DNA of 63,988 bases, filler included, from an uncultured bacterium (GTDB lineage Bacteria; CAYJOG01), in NCBI GenBank assembly GCA_964371695.1. It is 4 parts of 4 records of this genome, joined end to end, with 100 filler letters (N's around TTAATTAATTAA, not from the genome) between each part and the next. Parts side by side here need not be neighbours in the genome. Positions count along the whole stretch, not along the records: positions 55,909 to 63,988 come from CAYJOG010000107.1; 3 more parts are not named here. One strand, 5' to 3'. Position 1 is the first letter of the stretch; each line of letters begins with the position of its first letter. Position numbers and translations under genes: made by a program. This document shows positions 60,612 to 63,988 of the stretch, in pieces. The notes under the pieces are model-generated. The model was given only the letters and a program-made list of their open reading frames with translations. It did not search any database and was not told where the DNA came from.

Positions 60612-62647
60612 TGCACGCACCCTGGGAATGGATCAAGGAATATCTGGACACGTCGGTGGACGCCGAAGAGGCCGCACGGCGTTTCAACCTAGGGGGCCTG
60701 GAGGTGGAAGGTGTGGAAGACGGTGTGCTGCTCACCGCCCCCACCACCAACCGCGGCGACTTGCTGAGCATACGGGGTCTGGCACGGGACCTGGCCGCGC
60801 TGGGGCTGGGCACGTTCAAGGACAACACCCCCGGACTGACCAACCTGCCCCTGTCAGCGGATGACGCGGGCCTGAAAATCGTGCTGGAAGACACCGCCGC
60901 CTGTCCGCTTTATCTAGGTTGCGTGGTGACCGGCGTGCGCGTGACCGAAAGCCCTGACTGGCTGAAAACAAAACTGGAGCAGGCGGGCCAGCGGTCCATC
61001 AACACGCTGGTGGACCTCACCAATTGGGTGTGTCTGGCCCTGGGTCAACCCATGCACGCTTTTGACCTGCAAAAACTGGGCGAAAAAACCATCGTCGTGC
61101 GCCGGGCCAGAGCAGGCGAAACACTGGAAACCATCGATCACCAGCAACGTGCTCTCACTGGCGAGGATTTGGTCATCGCCACAACCGCTGGCCCCGTGGC
61201 GCTGGCGGGTGTGATGGGCGGGGCCAGCACCGAGGTGGACGAAACCACGACTTCCGTGGTGCTGGAAAGCGCCTGGTTTGCCCCCGCCGCCGTGCGGGCC
61301 ACCGCCAAGGCACACGGCCAGCGCACCGAGGCCAGTGTGCGGTTCGAGAAATCCGCCGACCCCGCCGCCGCCACGCAGGCCATGGCCCTGTGCCTGTCAC
61401 TCATCCGTCAACTCAACCCCGACGCCGTTTTGCACCGCGTGGTGCAGCAAGGCGCGCCGCCACAACGGGCAGGCGCCGTGAGTCTGCGTCTGGCAACACT
61501 GCCCCGCCTGCTGGGTGTTTCGCCCGCGCCCGAAAAAGTGCGCGCCCATCTGGCCAACCTGGGTTTTGAACTGGAGAAGAAATCGGACGGCTTCAACGCC
61601 ACGCCCCCCAGTTGGCGGCACGACATCTCGCTGGAAGCAGACCTTGTCGAAGAAATCGCCCGGCTGGAGGGTTTCGACACCATCCCCGCCCAGGCCCCCG
61701 TGTTGCCTCTGGTGAAGGGCCAGTTGGGGGCGGCGCGCCAGTTGCAACGCAAGCTGGCGGGGCTGTTGTGGGGCATGGGGTTTCAGGAGGCGCTCACCTT
61801 CAGCATGGTGGACGCCCCCCAGGCCGCCGTGAGCTTCAGCCCCGGCCCGGCCATCGCCATCGCCAATCCCCTCACCGCCGAGGTCACCCACCTGCGCCGG
61901 TCGCTGTTGCCGTCGCTGCTGAGAGTGGCCCGACACAACCTGCACCACCGCCGGGGTGAAGTGGCGATATTCGAAATCGGCAAGGTGTTTCACGGCACGG
62001 CGGCGGACACACAGGAAAATCTGGTGCTGGGTCTGCTGCTGTGCGGCGCACGGCCCAAACACCTGCGGCCCTGCGCCGCCCCGCCGGGCGATTTTTATGC
62101 CCTCAAGGGCGAGGTGGAGGCCCTGCTGGCCCGCCTGGGACTGGGCCACGTCACCTTTACCCCCACCGAAACACCGGCGCTCAACCGCCTGCGCAGCGCC
62201 CGTCTGCTGGCGGGGGAGCGCCAACTGGGTTATCTGGGTGAGGTGCATCCCGTGCTGCTGCACGAACTGGACGTGCCCGAAGAAACCGTGGCCTATTGCG
62301 AGCTGGACCTGAATACGCTGCACCTGTCACTGCCCACACCACCAGTGCGCTACCGGCCCGTGAACACACAGCCCGCCGTGGTGCGAGACCTTGCCGTGAT
62401 GGTGGAGGAAAACGTGCCCGTGGGGGCGCTGCTGGCCGAGACCCGTCACGCCGGGGGCCAGCACCTGACAGAAGCCTGGGTGTTTGACCTCTACCGGGGC
62501 GCGGGTGTGGCAGAGGGCCACAAGTCCGTCGCCCTGAGCCTGCGGCTGGAAGACCCCGCAGGCGCGCTCACCGAGCAAGCCGCCGCCGCCGTGGTTCAAA
62601 CCGTGGCCGCCGCACTCGCCACACGTTTTGGCGCGGTGAGGCGGTAA
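60611..62647 (+). CDS. pheT: Phenylalanine-tRNA ligase beta subunit (short form)
   Basis: NRGDLLS, GQPMHAFD, LAGVMGG, RFEK, DLVEEIAR, FDLYRG; 678 aa. Confidence 0.95.
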   Translation: MHAPWEWIKEYLDTSVDAEEAARRFNLGGLEVEGVEDGVLLTAPTTNRGDLLSIRGLARDLAALGLGTFKDNTPGLTNLPLSADDAGLKIVLEDTAACPLYLGCVVTGVRVTESPDWLKTKLEQAGQRSINTLVDLTNWVCLALGQPMHAFDLQKLGEKTIVVRRARAGETLETIDHQQRALTGEDLVIATTAGPVALAGVMGGASTEVDETTTSVVLESAWFAPAAVRATAKAHGQRTEASVRFEKSADPAAATQAMALCLSLIRQLNPDAVLHRVVQQGAPPQRAGAVSLRLATLPRLLGVSPAPEKVRAHLANLGFELEKKSDGFNATPPSWRHDISLEADLVEEIARLEGFDTIPAQAPVLPLVKGQLGAARQLQRKLAGLLWGMGFQEALTFSMVDAPQAAVSFSPGPAIAIANPLTAEVTHLRRSLLPSLLRVARHNLHHRRGEVAIFEIGKVFHGTAADTQENLVLGLLLCGARPKHLRPCAAPPGDFYALKGEVEALLARLGLGHVTFTPTETPALNRLRSARLLAGERQLGYLGEVHPVLLHELDVPEETVAYCELDLNTLHLSLPTPPVRYRPVNTQPAVVRDLAVMVEENVPVGALLAETRHAGGQHLTEAWVFDLYRGAGVAEGHKSVALSLRLEDPAGALTEQAAAAVVQTVAAALATRFGAVRR

Positions 62648-62692
62648 ATCAAAGCCTGCTCAAGCAGCGATTCAGGCCCCTATAATGCCCCC

Positions 62693-63355
62693 ATGCGCAA
62701 AATCGTGGTCCATTTTCTGGACGGGGAGATACTCAAGGGGTTCAGCGAGCCTTTCAGCGGCAAGGACGGCGGGTTTTTTCTCGTGCCCCGCGACGCCAAC
62801 AGCAACAACGAAAAGGTGTGGGTGAACCTGAACAGCACCAAGGGCGTGTTTCTGGTGAAGGACTGGAACGACCCGGTGCCCGACATCCACAGCTACAGCA
62901 CCCCCCTGGCTGCGCCGGTGGAAGTGAACGAAGAGGGCGGCACCCGCGAGGGCGGCCAGCCCATCGACCCAGGCAAATACCGCATTCTGGTGGTGGACGA
63001 CGAGCCGAACATCGTGAAGCTGGTGCAGGTGAATCTGGAGGAATCGGGTTTTGTGGTGGCCACGGCCCACAACGGCGTGGAAGCCCTGAAGGTGCTGGAG
63101 GAACTGCCGGTGCACGTGGTGGTGTGCGACATCATGATGCCCGAAATGGACGGCTACGAACTGCTCACCCGCATGCGGGCCGACAAAAAATACGCCGACA
63201 TTCCGTTTCTGGCGCTCACCGCCAAAACCCAGTATCAAGACATTTTTGAAGGCTGGCAGCGGGGCGTGGACAGCTACATCACCAAACCCTTTCAGCCCGA
63301 ACAACTGCTGGGAGAAATCGAGGGCATCCTGCAATTCAAGTCGGCGGACGCATGA
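62693..63355 (+). CDS. Response regulator receiver with an N-terminal small beta domain
   Basis: N-terminal KIVVHFLDGEILKG...FFLVP...SNNEKVWV; REC motifs ILVVDDE, DIMMPEMDG, KPF. Confidence 0.88.
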   Translation: MRKIVVHFLDGEILKGFSEPFSGKDGGFFLVPRDANSNNEKVWVNLNSTKGVFLVKDWNDPVPDIHSYSTPLAAPVEVNEEGGTREGGQPIDPGKYRILVVDDEPNIVKLVQVNLEESGFVVATAHNGVEALKVLEELPVHVVVCDIMMPEMDGYELLTRMRADKKYADIPFLALTAKTQYQDIFEGWQRGVDSYITKPFQPEQLLGEIEGILQFKSADA

Positions 63356-63410
63356 AACCAGCGTGGCACTGTGCGCCCACCCTGGCCGCCCAGCCCGGTG
63401 AAAAATCGCC

Positions 63411-63794
63411 ATGAGTCCCCGGCTGCCCAAGATTCTGGTGGTGGACGACGAAGAGCACATTCTTCAACTGCTGGAACTCACGCTGGGGGATCACTTTGAG
63501 GTTTATTCCGCCGTCACGGGGCGTCAGGCCCTGGAGCGCGCCATGGCGCTGAAGCCGGAGATATTACTGCTGGATGTGATGCTGCCGGGCCTGAGCGGCG
63601 TGGAAGTGGCCCGCCGCCTGCGGGAGCTGCCGGAGTTCGCCAACACACCGGTGGTGTTTCTCACGGCGCGCACCGACATGCGCGAAAGTCTGGCAGGTGT
63701 GCTGGCGGGCGCCAGCGAGGTCATCACCAAACCCTTTGATCTCGATGAACTGGCCAAACGCCTGAAGGAACTCGTGGGCCAGGGCGGGGAATAG
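63411..63794 (+). CDS. Single-domain response regulator
   Basis: ILVVDDE, DVMLPGLSG, FLTA, KPF. Confidence 0.92.
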   Translation: MSPRLPKILVVDDEEHILQLLELTLGDHFEVYSAVTGRQALERAMALKPEILLLDVMLPGLSGVEVARRLRELPEFANTPVVFLTARTDMRESLAGVLAGASEVITKPFDLDELAKRLKELVGQGGE

Positions 63795-63988
63795 AGCATT
63801 TTCGGAATGGGTGTGCCAGACATCGCCTGAAAGCCCCACCCTGGATGACGTCATTCCCGCGAAAGCGGCAGTCCAGTCAAACATAAAGAAAAACCCAGTT
63901 CTGGTGGCGCCGGCAAGATGCCTGTGCCACCAAAGAAAAAAAAGAAGAAGGTTTTTTTGTTGTTGGCTCACTGGATTCCCGCTTTGGG
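63792..63988. mobile_element. Family A MITE, truncated by the window end
   Basis: TAGAGCATTTTCGGAATGG overlaps the stop codon; core copies at 63850-63876 and 63971-63988. Confidence 0.85.

Overview
The window joins four unrelated draft-genome pieces (1-18887, 18988-37493, 37594-55808, 55909-63988) with N/TTAATTAATTAA/N linkers, so adjacency across a linker means nothing. The source is a GC-rich bacterium whose lineage I cannot fix from sequence alone. Recognisable housekeeping genes are coaX, tatC, dnaE, hemC, cobA-hemD, thiC, hslU, tldD and a PmbA-like partner, trpDC, metK and pheST. Several signalling proteins are present, along with two AT-rich candidate defence inserts (a TIR protein and an AAA ATPase plus DUF3226-like pair). 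The main candidate novelty is 43759-55650, a co-oriented siphophage-like structural cluster with open reading frames. It encodes a scaffold, a DUF5309/SU10-like capsid, head-tail joining proteins, a tail tube, a -1 frameshifted tail chaperone, a very short 216-aa tape measure, a fibre, a DUF2460-like distal tail and a DUF2163/BR0599-like hub. I see no terminase, portal, integrase, replication or lysis gene in the visible part, and host REP/MITE repeats sit in nearly every spacer. This pattern suggests a domesticated, gene-transfer-agent-like particle system. Other window-wide signals are a leaderless-gene signature (a -10 hexamer 6-7 nt before the start codon in about a dozen genes) and several palindromic repeat families. 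One repeat sits in frame inside a membrane-protein gene and others begin exactly at stop codons. All family assignments come from motif recognition by eye; no database search was run.
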